From: a virus
Lineage: Duplodnaviria > Caudoviricetes
DNA length: 64,000 nucleotides
Strand: one strand, 5' to 3'
IMG/VR virus record: IMGVR_UViG_3300020037_008176
Location: 38,305 to 102,304 of that record
Shown here: in pieces, positions 20,795 through 31,319 of the stretch
Position numbering within the stretch: position 1 is the stretch's first letter
Layout: each line of letters begins with the position of its first letter
Notes under the pieces: generated by a model
Databases searched by the model: none
What the model saw: only the letters and a program-made list of their open reading frames with translations
What the model was told of the DNA's origin: nothing
Translations under genes and position numbers: made by a program

Positions 20795-22429
20795 ATGAAT
20801 AAAAATACAGAATTCGGCCCAGAAGCACGTAAAAAAATAGTTAAAGGTATTAATAAAGTTGCAGATGCAGTTACATCTACACTTGGACCTAATGGTAGAA
20901 ATGTTATTTATACTGAGATGGGAGAAGTTAGAAGTACTAAAGATGGTGTTACAGTAGCAAAACAAATTTTTAATGTTGAAGATCCATTAGAAGAAATGGG
21001 AGTTCAAATGATAAAACAAGTATCTATTAAAACAGCAAATACTGCTGGTGATGGAACAACAACTTCTACTCTTTTAGCTCAAAAAATGATTAATGAAGGA
21101 ATCACTTATTTAGATAGAGGTTCCAATGCTGTAGATATTAAAAAAGGAATTGATTCTGCTGTTAAAGAAGTAGTAACTCATCTACGTAAAAAAATATCTA
21201 AAGATATATCTTCTGAAACTCAATTAGAACAAGTAGCTACAGTATCAGCAAATAATGATTCATCAGTAGGTAAATTAATTTCATCTGCTATGAAAAAAGT
21301 AGGTCGTGAAGGAGTAGTTACTATTGAAGAATCAAAAAGTGGAGAAACATATCTTGAAACAGTTGAAGGGATGCAATTCGACAGAGGATATAAATCACAT
21401 TATTTTGTTACTAATAACAATGATATGACTTGTACTCTAGAAGATCCTTATATATTAATTGCAGATAGAAAATTTACTGCAGTAAAAGATTTACTTCCAA
21501 TCTTGGAAAGTGTTTCACAAAGTGGTAAATCCCTACTTATTATTGCTGAGGATATTGAAAGTGAAGCTTTATCTACTCTTATTGTTAATAAAATGAGAGG
21601 TATTTTAAAAGTAGCTGCTGTTAAATCTCCAGATTTCGGAGATAGAAGAAAACTTATCTTAGAAGATATTGCTGTAATGACAGGAGGAGAAGTGTTTAGT
21701 CCTGATAAAAATATGAAATTGGATAAATTTGATATGAAGTGGTTTGGAAGAGCTCGCTTAGTTACTATCACAAAAGATCAAACAACAATTGTTGATGGAA
21801 AAGGAGAATCTGAAAAAATAGATGAACGAGTAAAAAATCTTCAAACACAAATTGAAAAAGCACCTTCCCCATTCGAAAAAGAAAAATTACAAGAGCGTTT
21901 AGCTAAATTTATAGGAGGAGTAGCTATTATTCATGTTGGTGGTAATTCGGAATTAGAAATGAAAGAAACCAAAGATAGAGTTGATGATGCACTTCAAGCA
22001 ACAAAAGCAGCAATTGAAGAAGGTATAGTACCAGGAGGTGGAGCAGCTTTATTATATGCTAGAGAAAGTATTACTAAAGTAGATTCTATTGATGAACAAA
22101 TTGGTAAACAAATAGTTTATAAAGCTTGTGGTTCTCCATTCTTGAAAATATTATTAAATGCAGGTGTTGAAGAAAGTGAATGTTATGGTTTAATAAATCA
22201 AATTAAAACCGAATCCAAAAACAAATATTGGACTGGATATAATTTAAAAACCAAACAATTTACAGATATGGAAAAAGCAGGTATTATTGATCCTACCAAG
22301 GTAACAAGAAATGCTATTGAAAATGCTGCATCAATTGCTGGTACAGTATTATTAACAGAAGCTGCAATCGTTGAAATAAACAACGATAAAAAAGAACCTG
22401 AAATGGGTGGAATGCCTGGAATGTATTAA
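20795..22429 (+). CDS. groEL: Chaperonin GroEL
   Basis: [36 protein letters not shown] tail. Confidence 0.98.
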   Translation: MNKNTEFGPEARKKIVKGINKVADAVTSTLGPNGRNVIYTEMGEVRSTKDGVTVAKQIFNVEDPLEEMGVQMIKQVSIKTANTAGDGTTTSTLLAQKMINEGITYLDRGSNAVDIKKGIDSAVKEVVTHLRKKISKDISSETQLEQVATVSANNDSSVGKLISSAMKKVGREGVVTIEESKSGETYLETVEGMQFDRGYKSHYFVTNNNDMTCTLEDPYILIADRKFTAVKDLLPILESVSQSGKSLLIIAEDIESEALSTLIVNKMRGILKVAAVKSPDFGDRRKLILEDIAVMTGGEVFSPDKNMKLDKFDMKWFGRARLVTITKDQTTIVDGKGESEKIDERVKNLQTQIEKAPSPFEKEKLQERLAKFIGGVAIIHVGGNSELEMKETKDRVDDALQATKAAIEEGIVPGGGAALLYARESITKVDSIDEQIGKQIVYKACGSPFLKILLNAGVEESECYGLINQIKTESKNKYWTGYNLKTKQFTDMEKAGIIDPTKVTRNAIENAASIAGTVLLTEAAIVEINNDKKEPEMGGMPGMY

Positions 22430-22440
22430 TTATAAAATAA

Positions 22441-22662
22441 ATGAGAGGAGCAATAGATCTTTTAGGGAAATTCATTCAAATAGATGAAACCCAATACGAA
22501 ATTACTAATATTAATTTTGTCCCTGAATCAAATGGATTTTACATTGAATTAGAAAACGATGAAGGATTACTTAATATTTCCCTAAAAGATATTCTCATTC
22601 ATATTAATGAACAATTAAATTTAAAAAGTGGAAAATTTAACAAGAAAATTGTTAATATTTAA
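22441..22662 (+). CDS. Hypothetical protein
   Basis: 73-aa ORF in operon. Confidence 0.7.
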   Translation: MRGAIDLLGKFIQIDETQYEITNINFVPESNGFYIELENDEGLLNISLKDILIHINEQLNLKSGKFNKKIVNI

Positions 22663-22671
22663 ATACAAGTT

Positions 22672-23607
22672 ATGTCAAAAAGGTTACACACAATATTAAA
22701 TGAACGTTATCGTCCTGATACTTTAGAAGGATATATTTGTAAAGATGAAATTAAATTAAAATTCCAAGAATTTATTGATAAACAAGATATCCCTCATCTT
22801 TTATTCGCAGGTAAACCTGGTGCAGGTAAAACTACTATTGCTAAAATTTTAATTAAAAATATTGATTGTGATTATTTATATATCAATGCTACAGATGAAC
22901 GTTCAATTGATGTTATGAGAGATAAAGTAGGAGCATTTGCTTCTGCTGGATCTTTTAAGCCCCTCAAAATAGTAATATTAGATGAAGCAACTCATATCTT
23001 ACAAGCATCTCAAGTTATATTATTAAATATGATGGAAACTTATAGTTTAACTACAAGATTCATATTAACAGGTAACTTCCCAGAAAGACTAATTGAACCA
23101 TTAAGAAGCAGATGTCAAGAATTTGATTTATCTCCTCCATCCAAACCCGTTGTAGCAAAACATATTGACGATATTTTAAATAAAGAAAATATTGAACATT
23201 CCTCCGAAGATATAGTAACAATTGTAAAAAAATTCTATCCTGATTTTCGTAAGATTATAAATAATTGTCAAAAATATACTGTTGATAATGTTTTAAAACT
23301 TGATAATTCAATAAATAATATAGATGATTATTCATTAAATATATTAACTGAATTAAAAACTCCATCATTTAAAACATTTAATAATATTAGACAAATAATA
23401 GCTAATGCTGAATTAAATGATTATGAAGATTTATATAGATTTTTATATGACAATTTAAAAGAATATTCTAAAGGAAATGATGGGTATATTATTGTAACAA
23501 TTGAAGAATATCTTTATCATGCTACATTTAGACTAGATAAAGAAATAAATTTTATGGCTTGCATAAGTAAAATAGTAGAAATAATAAACAATAAAAAAGT
23601 TATATAA
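22672..23607 (+). CDS. Clamp loader ATPase subunit (RFC/T4 gp44-like)
   Basis: ERYRP, GKPGAGKTT, NATDER, ILDEA, LRSRC. Confidence 0.93.
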   Translation: MSKRLHTILNERYRPDTLEGYICKDEIKLKFQEFIDKQDIPHLLFAGKPGAGKTTIAKILIKNIDCDYLYINATDERSIDVMRDKVGAFASAGSFKPLKIVILDEATHILQASQVILLNMMETYSLTTRFILTGNFPERLIEPLRSRCQEFDLSPPSKPVVAKHIDDILNKENIEHSSEDIVTIVKKFYPDFRKIINNCQKYTVDNVLKLDNSINNIDDYSLNILTELKTPSFKTFNNIRQIIANAELNDYEDLYRFLYDNLKEYSKGNDGYIIVTIEEYLYHATFRLDKEINFMACISKIVEIINNKKVI

Positions 23608-23608
23608 A

Positions 23609-23854
23609 ATGAACAAACAACCACAACTACAAGTAGATATTACTCAATCTACACCAATCAAATCAGAAGATGGAGGACAAGTCTTTCAAGAAGCAACAAT
23701 ACTAAGAAAAATCAGTAAATTTCTAACTGGTACTAGTGAAGATGCTGTCGTACCTATCCCAGTATTTGTTGATATAAAAACAAATAAAATATTATTAGAA
23801 ATGCTTCCTAAAGAATTGAGAGCAGAATATGAAGAGTACAACAAAACAGTCTAA
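23609..23854 (+). CDS. Hypothetical protein
   Basis: 81-aa ORF in clamp-loader operon. Confidence 0.7.
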   Translation: MNKQPQLQVDITQSTPIKSEDGGQVFQEATILRKISKFLTGTSEDAVVPIPVFVDIKTNKILLEMLPKELRAEYEEYNKTV

Positions 23855-24281
23855 ACCGTTTTCTATATTTGATTTTTTAAAAGCTATTATTGATATTAAA
23901 CCATCATGGGATACTTTTACTCTTGAACAACAAAAAATATTTAATGGATACATGATTAATAAATTTTTAAGCATGAATTCTAAATATATTGAAGTTGTAA
24001 ATTATGTTCAAGGTTTTAACATTAAAGATAGTGAAAAATTATATAATATATATTGTGAAGTTATTCCTCAATCAAAAAATACTTATTCACCGTTTATAAA
24101 ATCAAATAAAAAATCCCCTATAAATCCTGAATTATCTAAACATATTTCTAATTATTTTGAATGTTCAACTTCTGAAGCAGAAGAATATATAACATTAACA
24201 GATAAAGAATTCATTCAGGATATTTTAACTAAACAAGGGATTGATGAAAAAGAAATTAAAAAAATAACAAAAAATGGCTAA
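23829..24281 (+). CDS. Clamp loader small subunit (T4 gp62-like)
   Basis: YMINKFLSM, ISNYFECS..EAEEY; near the gp44-like gene. Confidence 0.7.
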   Translation: MKSTTKQSKPFSIFDFLKAIIDIKPSWDTFTLEQQKIFNGYMINKFLSMNSKYIEVVNYVQGFNIKDSEKLYNIYCEVIPQSKNTYSPFIKSNKKSPINPELSKHISNYFECSTSEAEEYITLTDKEFIQDILTKQGIDEKEIKKITKNG

Positions 24282-24627
24282 AGAAGAAATATCTGTTATC
24301 GAACAATTAGAAAAAGAATACCCAACCATAGCGGCTGGATATAAACAAATCATTAAAGAGCAATATGCTTTATTTGCACAAAAGATGCTAGATTATGGAG
24401 TTGATAATATATCAATGGGTACTAGATTAGAAAGTCCTGAAGATAAAAAATTATCATTAACAGCAATTTGGATTCGTTGTAATGATAAAATGAATAGATT
24501 AAAAAATCTAGTATTGTTTAATAAAAAAAATCAAGTAGAAAATGAACCAACAACCGATTCATATATGGATTTAGTTAATTATAACATCATCGCTCAACTT
24601 GTTTCAAAAGATCTTTGGAAAAAATAA
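24274..24627 (+). CDS. DUF1599 / nucleotide-modification-associated domain 1 (MazG superfamily)
   Basis: K..DYG..N, IR..DK..RL.NL, DS..DL.NY. Confidence 0.8.
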   Translation: MAKEEISVIEQLEKEYPTIAAGYKQIIKEQYALFAQKMLDYGVDNISMGTRLESPEDKKLSLTAIWIRCNDKMNRLKNLVLFNKKNQVENEPTTDSYMDLVNYNIIAQLVSKDLWKK

Positions 24628-24668
24628 TAAAAATGTTTTTTAGCAATATTTATAATAAAACATAAATT

Positions 24669-25256
24669 ATGGCAAACAAATATTGGACTAAAGAAAAGCA
24701 AAAAGAGTATTATGAACGTAAAGGTAAGGAATTAGCTAAAAAATATTATCAAAATAATAAACAAGATAGAAAAGAATATCAATCTGAATATTATCAAGAT
24801 AATAAAACGGAACAATATAAAAAGAATAGAGAACGTTTAGCTAAAAATAAAGAAAAATATAATGAAACAATTGATAAATGGAGAGAAAAAAATAAAGAAA
24901 AACTAAGAGTTAGACAACGAGAATACATGAAAAAATATCGTAAAAACTCTCCCACTTATCGACTTAGAGAAAACATTGGACATTATATAAGACAAGCTTT
25001 AGTAGATTCTATTCCTAAATCTGGTACATATAAAAAATATCTTGGGTGTTCAATAAATGAATATAAACAATATTTGGAAAAATTATTCCAACCCGAGATG
25101 ACTTGGGAAAATTATGGAATATATTGGGAAATAGATCATATAAAAGCAATTTCAAATTTTGATTTAACTAAAGAAGAAGAAATATTAAAAGCATTCCATT
25201 ACTTAAATACTCAACCATTATCAATAAAAGAAAATAGACAAAAAAGCAACAAATAA
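24669..25256 (+). CDS. Free-standing HNH endonuclease with N-terminal helical charged repeats
   Basis: YLGCS, MTWENYG..WEIDHIK, FHYLNTQPL..ENRQKSNK. Confidence 0.88.
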   Translation: MANKYWTKEKQKEYYERKGKELAKKYYQNNKQDRKEYQSEYYQDNKTEQYKKNRERLAKNKEKYNETIDKWREKNKEKLRVRQREYMKKYRKNSPTYRLRENIGHYIRQALVDSIPKSGTYKKYLGCSINEYKQYLEKLFQPEMTWENYGIYWEIDHIKAISNFDLTKEEEILKAFHYLNTQPLSIKENRQKSNK

Positions 25257-26212
25257 TGTCTAAAACTAAACAAACCCCTTCTATAGTAAAACAAATTCGT
25301 GATTTTGTTCCACAGGAAATAAATTATGCTTTTCAAAAAAGTATTTCTTATTCCCAATTATCAATGTATTTATCATGTCCTAAAAAATGGGCATTACAAT
25401 ATAGAGATGGTCATAAAATATACAATCAATCTATTAATATGACTTTTGGTACTTCAATTCATGAAACATTACAAAATTATCTTCATGTATTATATACTGA
25501 AAGTGGTGTTAAAGCTGATGAAATAGATCTAGAAGATCATTTTGAAGAAAGATTTAAAGAAAACTATTCTAAAGGATATAAAGATAATAAAAATATCCAC
25601 TTTAGTAATTCTGAAGAAATGAGAGAATTTTTTGATGATGGAATAGCTATTTTAGAATTTATAAAAAAGAAAAGAGGAGAATATTTTAGCATAAGAGATT
25701 GGCATTTAGTAGGGATTGAAATCCCTATAGTTCTTTCCCCAGATAAACGATATAATAATATTTTATATAGTGGATTTATAGATTTAGTTTTATACCATGA
25801 AGCTACAGAAAAATTTGTTATATATGATATAAAAACTAGTACTAGAGGATGGACAGATAAAGAAAAAAAAGATGAAATAAAACAATTTCAAATTTTACTT
25901 TATAAACAATTTTTTAGTGAACAATTTGGAGTACCTGAAGAAAATATAGATGTTGAATTTTTTATAGTTAAAAGAAAAATTTGGGAAGAATGTGAATTTC
26001 CTCAAAAACGAGTACAACAATTCTCCCCATCAAATGGAAAAACCAAATTAAAAAAGGCTAGAACTGCGTTAAATAAATTTATTGAAGAAATATTCACCAT
26101 AGATGGGACTTATAATGCCGCAGATCACCTCCCTACCCCATCCAAATCCACTTGTAAATATTGTCCATATAAAACCAAAAAAGAATTATGTGATAAGGCT
26201 ATCCTTCACTAA
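25256..26212 (+). CDS. PD-(D/E)xK exonuclease, Cas4/RecB-like with four-Cys cluster
   Basis: SYSQL..Y..CP, G...HE, GFIDLV..IYDIKT, Q..LY, CKYCPY....LC. Confidence 0.88.
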   Translation: MSKTKQTPSIVKQIRDFVPQEINYAFQKSISYSQLSMYLSCPKKWALQYRDGHKIYNQSINMTFGTSIHETLQNYLHVLYTESGVKADEIDLEDHFEERFKENYSKGYKDNKNIHFSNSEEMREFFDDGIAILEFIKKKRGEYFSIRDWHLVGIEIPIVLSPDKRYNNILYSGFIDLVLYHEATEKFVIYDIKTSTRGWTDKEKKDEIKQFQILLYKQFFSEQFGVPEENIDVEFFIVKRKIWEECEFPQKRVQQFSPSNGKTKLKKARTALNKFIEEIFTIDGTYNAADHLPTPSKSTCKYCPYKTKKELCDKAILH

Positions 26213-26241
26213 TATTATATATTTATATACAAAATAAAGTC

Positions 26242-26430
26242 ATGGAAAATCAAACCCAATTAACATCTGTAAAAGTAGATAAAGAGCTATTTAATACTTT
26301 TAAGATAGAATGCGTAAAAAGGAAATTTAGTTTAAATAAGCTTGTGAATCGAACAATGGATTTATACCTTACAGATGAAAATTTTAGAAAACAAGTTTCT
26401 AATTACATTAATCCTAAAATTAACGAATAA
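26242..26430 (+). CDS. Small DNA-binding protein (ribbon-helix-helix-like)
   Basis: LTSVKVD..LF..FK..C....SL.KLVNR pattern. Confidence 0.55.
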   Translation: MENQTQLTSVKVDKELFNTFKIECVKRKFSLNKLVNRTMDLYLTDENFRKQVSNYINPKINE

Positions 26431-26451
26431 CCCAACCAAAAATTAGTTTTT

Positions 26452-27888
26452 ATGAATTCAAGTTTTGCTTATCTTCCTCCAAATGAGAGGAAAAAAATCC
26501 TATTAATTTGTGACGATATAAGAGTACATTCAGGAGTAGCTACAGTTGCTCGAGAAATGGTACTTAACACTGCTCAACATTTTAATTGGGTACAAATTGC
26601 TGGAGCTATAAATCATCCAGATAAAGGAAAAAAATTAGATTTATCTCAAGATACTAATACAACTACTGGATTGAAAGATTCTTCAATCCAAATTTACCCA
26701 ACTGATGGGTATGGTGATCCAAATATTATAAGAAATTTGATTCGTTTGGAAAAACCAGATGCAATATTTTTGATTACTGACCCAAGATATTTTATGTGGT
26801 TATTTCAAATCGAAAATGAGATTCGTAGAAAAATTCCTATTGTATATCTTAACATTTGGGATGACTACCCAGCACCAATGTATAATAGACCATATTATGA
26901 GGCTTGTGATGCTTTATTAGGAATTTCTAAACAAACAGTTAATATTAATAAATTAGTATTAGGTGATAAAGCAAAAAACAAACTTATTGAATATGTTCCT
27001 CACGGATTAAATCATGATATATTTAAACCTATTGATCAAAACGATCCTGAGTTTAAAGCATTTAAAAGTCAAATGTTTAAAGGAAAAGAATATGATTTTG
27101 TTTTATTCTTTAACTCAAGAAATATTCGTAGAAAACAAATTCCAGATACTCTTTTAGCATATAAATATTTCATAGATCAATTACCTGAAGAAAAAGCTAA
27201 AAAATGTGCCTTTTTACTTCACACCCAAGTCATAGATGATAATGGAACAGATTTAAAAGCAGTATGTGATTTTTTATTTGACAATAATGAAAAATACAAC
27301 ATCATATTCTCAGAAAAACCATTACCACCACAACAAATGAATTATTTGTATAATATGACTAACGTACAAATATTATTAACAAGTAATGAAGGATGGGGAT
27401 TAAGTTTAACAGAAGCGATTTTAGCAGGAAATCCAATTATAGCAAATGTAACTGGTGGAATGCAAGATCAAATGCGTTTTGTTAAGGATAATAAATGGAT
27501 TGATTTTGATAAAGATTTTCCTTCAAACCATAATGGTACTACTAAAGAACATGGAGAGTGGGCATTACCAGTTTATCCAAGTAATAGATCAATACAAGGT
27601 TCTCCAGTCACACCTTATATTTGGGATGATAGATGTAAAGCAGAAGATGCTGCTGAACAAATCAAATTTGCTTATGAATTAGGTAAAGAAGGATGTAAAA
27701 AAAGAGGATTAGCAGGTCGTGAATGGGCTTTAAGTGATGAAGCAGGATTTACAGGAGAAAAAATGGGTAAAAGAATTATAGAAAATTTAGATAATTTATT
27801 TAAAACTTGGAAACCCAGAGAAAAATTCGAATTATTAAATACAAAGAATGTTGAAAAAAGAGTTTTAAACCATAAATTATTATACTAA
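26452..27888 (+). CDS. Glycosyltransferase, GT-B (GT4-like)
   Basis: SGVA, VPHG, NSRNIRRK, SNEGWGLSLTEA..G.PII. Confidence 0.9.
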   Translation: MNSSFAYLPPNERKKILLICDDIRVHSGVATVAREMVLNTAQHFNWVQIAGAINHPDKGKKLDLSQDTNTTTGLKDSSIQIYPTDGYGDPNIIRNLIRLEKPDAIFLITDPRYFMWLFQIENEIRRKIPIVYLNIWDDYPAPMYNRPYYEACDALLGISKQTVNINKLVLGDKAKNKLIEYVPHGLNHDIFKPIDQNDPEFKAFKSQMFKGKEYDFVLFFNSRNIRRKQIPDTLLAYKYFIDQLPEEKAKKCAFLLHTQVIDDNGTDLKAVCDFLFDNNEKYNIIFSEKPLPPQQMNYLYNMTNVQILLTSNEGWGLSLTEAILAGNPIIANVTGGMQDQMRFVKDNKWIDFDKDFPSNHNGTTKEHGEWALPVYPSNRSIQGSPVTPYIWDDRCKAEDAAEQIKFAYELGKEGCKKRGLAGREWALSDEAGFTGEKMGKRIIENLDNLFKTWKPREKFELLNTKNVEKRVLNHKLLY

Positions 27889-27890
27889 AA

Positions 27891-28025
27891 ATGAGCAAAT
27901 CATCAACCCAACAAAAAATCAGTTGTTTAATACAAGCATTACCTAGCTTTCAAGCTAGCTATAAAAAATATTTAGCATCAAGAAGACAAGGAACACGTCC
28001 TAAAAAACAATCTAAAAATAATTAA
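27891..28025 (+). CDS. Small basic hypothetical protein (44 aa)
   Basis: MSKSSTQQKISCL..; exactly fills the gap between two GT genes. Confidence 0.55.
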   Translation: MSKSSTQQKISCLIQALPSFQASYKKYLASRRQGTRPKKQSKNN

Positions 28026-28028
28026 TTT

Positions 28029-29339
28029 ATGAGTAAAAATACTTGCGTTATTTACGCACCAATAGATACCTTATCAGGTTATGGAGCTAGAGCTCGTGAT
28101 ACAGTTAAATCAATAATTCAACTTAAAAAAGAAGAATGGGATATTAAAATCATTCCTTGTAATTGGGGGAATACACCTACAGGATTTATTGAAGAAAATC
28201 CTGAATGGAAATTTCTTGAATCATATATAATTAATGGACAATTAACCACTCAACCAGATATTTTTGTTTGGATAACTGTACCAAATGAATTTCAAAAAGT
28301 AGGTAAATACAATATTGGTATTACAGCAGGTTTAGAAACAACTTTAGTACCAGGTGATTGGATTGAAGGAGTAAATAAAATGGATTTAGTACTTGTTTCA
28401 TCTGAACATTCTAAAAAAGCATTTTTAGATTCTAAGTTTCAAAGAGTAAATGATCAAACAAAACAAGTAGAAGGTATAGTTGAAGTAAAAACTCCCATTG
28501 AAGTTATTTTTGAAGGTATTGATACTAATATTTATAAACATTTAGGAGAAATTCCAAAAAATAAAGAAATAGGAAATTTAAAATCAATTCCTGAAAGTAT
28601 TTGTTATTTGTTTGTAGGACATTGGCTTCCAGGAGATCTAGGAGAAGATAGAAAAAATGTAGGTTTATTAATTAAAGCATTTCTTGAAACATTTAAAAAT
28701 AAAAAAACAAAACCTGCATTAATTTTAAAAACATCAATTGTTGGTCCATCTTATATGGATAGAGATGAAATCTTAAAACGTATCCAACAAATTAGAGACA
28801 CAGTTAATTCACCAGATTTACCTAATATTTATTTATTGCATGGTGAATTTACAGATGAAGAAATGAATGAAATATACAATCATCCAAAAGTAAAATTAAT
28901 GGTATCTCTTACTAAAGGAGAAGGATTTGGACGCCCATTACTTGAATTTACTCAAAGTAAAAAACCAATTCTAACAACTAATTGGAGTGGACATTTAGAT
29001 TTCTTAAATACTGGATTTACAACACTAATTTCAGGTACATTAACAAATGTTCATCCAAGTGCTGCTAATCAATTTTTAATGAAAGAATCTCAATGGTTTT
29101 CTCCCGATTTAGGTAGGGTAGGATATTATTTAAAAGATATATTTGAAAATTATGAAGATTATGTTGATGGAGGAAAACGTCAAGCATATCATTCAAAACA
29201 AAATTTCTCATTTGAAAAAATGAATGAAAAAATGGCTGAGTATTTAAAACGTATTCCTGAATTTCCAAAACAAATTCAATTGAAATTACCACAACTTAAA
29301 AAAATCGAATTGCCTAAATTACAAAAACTAGAAAAATAA
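28029..29339 (+). CDS. Glycosyltransferase, GT-B (GT4-like)
   Basis: SGYG, DRKN, KGEGFGRPLLE, WSGHLDF. Confidence 0.9.
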   Translation: MSKNTCVIYAPIDTLSGYGARARDTVKSIIQLKKEEWDIKIIPCNWGNTPTGFIEENPEWKFLESYIINGQLTTQPDIFVWITVPNEFQKVGKYNIGITAGLETTLVPGDWIEGVNKMDLVLVSSEHSKKAFLDSKFQRVNDQTKQVEGIVEVKTPIEVIFEGIDTNIYKHLGEIPKNKEIGNLKSIPESICYLFVGHWLPGDLGEDRKNVGLLIKAFLETFKNKKTKPALILKTSIVGPSYMDRDEILKRIQQIRDTVNSPDLPNIYLLHGEFTDEEMNEIYNHPKVKLMVSLTKGEGFGRPLLEFTQSKKPILTTNWSGHLDFLNTGFTTLISGTLTNVHPSAANQFLMKESQWFSPDLGRVGYYLKDIFENYEDYVDGGKRQAYHSKQNFSFEKMNEKMAEYLKRIPEFPKQIQLKLPQLKKIELPKLQKLEK

Positions 29340-29361
29340 AAATCAAAAAAACAACAAAAAA

Positions 29362-30120
29362 ATGAAAAAACTTATATTTACTTTATTCACATTAATTTCT
29401 CTTAGTGTTTTATTCTCATGTCAAAATACTACTAATCCAACATCAACATCACAATATACAGATGTAATCATTAGAAATTCATCTAAATTAGACAGTGTTC
29501 AAGTATTTGTTACACTTCAATCTACTGAAAGTATTATTGGAAAATTTGGAATGGATTCAACAAATTTCAATCCTAACAGTAAAAACCCAGATGGTAGTCC
29601 CGTTACATGTAAAGGAGTATTTTGGGCATATAAAAATATAGAATACCATTTAGGCGATACAGCTACACTTTATGGTGCTGTAGTTAGTTTTGGAGCAGAT
29701 AATTATGCTTGTGATGCTGCTATATCACATGGTTGGGAATATGGAGTAAATATCTTTGAATTTACAGTCAACACACCAAGTACAGGTAATGAATCAACTG
29801 ATTTATCGTGTTTAGATGGTTTAAATTCATTTCTACAATTAACAGTTTCAGATACAGTTAATTGGATTGCTGGCGGGAATGTATTCAAAAACCCAGCAAA
29901 AAATAATTGGCCATTAAATACAAATTGTAATATAATTGGTGTGTATCCATATCATTGTGATGTATGTATAGATACATTAACACCACCACATCCAGTATGT
30001 TTTCAATTTGAAGGATGTTCATCAAATTCTGTTAATAATTGTCAATTAGATAGAGCAACAGTTCGTGGAGGAAATATTAAATGTGAATTTTTAGGATTCA
30101 CTCCAGTACCAATGAAATAA
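29362..30120 (+). CDS. Cys-rich lipoprotein with thaumatin-like motif
   Basis: Signal peptide with lipobox LFS-C; FEFTVN..ESTDLSCLDGLN resembles the thaumatin EFTL..D.S.VDG.N motif. Confidence 0.55.
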   Translation: MKKLIFTLFTLISLSVLFSCQNTTNPTSTSQYTDVIIRNSSKLDSVQVFVTLQSTESIIGKFGMDSTNFNPNSKNPDGSPVTCKGVFWAYKNIEYHLGDTATLYGAVVSFGADNYACDAAISHGWEYGVNIFEFTVNTPSTGNESTDLSCLDGLNSFLQLTVSDTVNWIAGGNVFKNPAKNNWPLNTNCNIIGVYPYHCDVCIDTLTPPHPVCFQFEGCSSNSVNNCQLDRATVRGGNIKCEFLGFTPVPMK

Positions 30121-30129
30121 TTATAAAAA

Positions 30130-30675
30130 ATGATTAAACTTTTAGATTTACTATTTGAAAATAGTACTAGTTCATATAAATATGGGTGTGTAATGTTATA
30201 TTTTGATTTTCCCCAAATCAATAAAATTCATAATATTATTAACAAAGATGATATATATGAGGAAGATAAAGATAAAACATTTGGTTTGGAAGATGAACCC
30301 CACACTACTCTTTTGTATGGGTTACACAAAGAAGTATCAAATGATGATGTAGAAAAAACTTTAAATAAGTACACTTATTTCCCTTGTACAATAAAAAATG
30401 CTTCATTATTTGAAAATGAAAAATATGATGTTTTAAAATTTGATGTGGAAGGAAAAAATTTAACAGAAACAAATGAATCTCTTAAAAAATTTCCATTTAC
30501 TAGTGATTATCCAAAATATCACCCACATCTAACTATAGGATATATAAAACCAGGATTGGGTAAAAAATACACCAAAATTTTACAAGGATTAGAATATAAA
30601 TTAATTCCTAAATATGCAATTTATTCTCATCCTGATGGAACTAAAACTAAAATAAAAATAAAAACCAATGAATAA
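30130..30675 (+). CDS. 2H phosphoesterase, Acb1/T4 57B-like
   Basis: Two HxT motifs: PHTTLLYG and YHPHLTIGY. Confidence 0.8.
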   Translation: MIKLLDLLFENSTSSYKYGCVMLYFDFPQINKIHNIINKDDIYEEDKDKTFGLEDEPHTTLLYGLHKEVSNDDVEKTLNKYTYFPCTIKNASLFENEKYDVLKFDVEGKNLTETNESLKKFPFTSDYPKYHPHLTIGYIKPGLGKKYTKILQGLEYKLIPKYAIYSHPDGTKTKIKIKTNE

Positions 30676-31129
30676 AATAGAAGACAACTTAGTTATATGC
30701 AACCATTGTGGTTCAGATGCATGTTACATGATAGAAAACTCCCCAGAAGTTAAAACATATTCATGTTTTGGTTGTGGATTTACTACAAACTCTTTAATGA
30801 AAGAAGGAGAAGAATTTTATAAACAACAATTAGAAACTCTTCCTGAATTATATAAAGATGTAATGATTAAAGATAATGAAGGATTAATTTGGATGCCTAC
30901 TACTATTAATAATCCACAAAACGGAATGGTATTTTATAATGGAACTTCTGTTGAAAATGCTAAATGGGCATCAGTGAAAGCTGTTAAAGTTGAAGAAACA
31001 GAAAAAGAAAAATACCCAATTAAAGGAAAACCAGGAGAATTCTATGAATGGAGAATGGATATGACTACTATGAAAGCTTTTGAGATGAAAGAATTTATGG
31101 ATGCCTTGGAATATATAAATATCCTTTAA
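30668..31129 (+). CDS. Zn-ribbon hypothetical protein
   Basis: CNHC..CFGC. Confidence 0.75.
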   Translation: MNKIEDNLVICNHCGSDACYMIENSPEVKTYSCFGCGFTTNSLMKEGEEFYKQQLETLPELYKDVMIKDNEGLIWMPTTINNPQNGMVFYNGTSVENAKWASVKAVKVEETEKEKYPIKGKPGEFYEWRMDMTTMKAFEMKEFMDALEYINIL

Positions 31130-31181
31130 AATATTGTGATTTCTTTTGTGATCTTTACAAATTTACCAATATTTATAATCG

Positions 31182-31319
31182 ATGGGAAGAATTAAAAAAT
31201 ATCAAACGCCTGATGAAAAACAAAAAGCTAGGGCAAACGCTTCCAAAAAATATTATTGGAAAAATAAAGAACAAGAAGATGAAAAAGCACGACAACGCTA
31301 TTATAGAAAGAAAAGTTAG
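31182..31319 (+). CDS. Small basic protein (45 aa) overlapping a GIY-YIG gene; paralog of 45042-45182
   Basis: MGRIKKYQTPDEKQKARANASKKYYWKNKEQEDEKARQRYYRKKS*; ATG lies 4 nt after TATTTATA. Confidence 0.75.
   Translation: MGRIKKYQTPDEKQKARANASKKYYWKNKEQEDEKARQRYYRKKS

Noticed and set aside
25256-26212. Cas4-like nuclease as evidence for a CRISPR-Cas system
   Set aside because: No array or other cas genes; solo Cas4-like exonucleases are common in phage replication modules.
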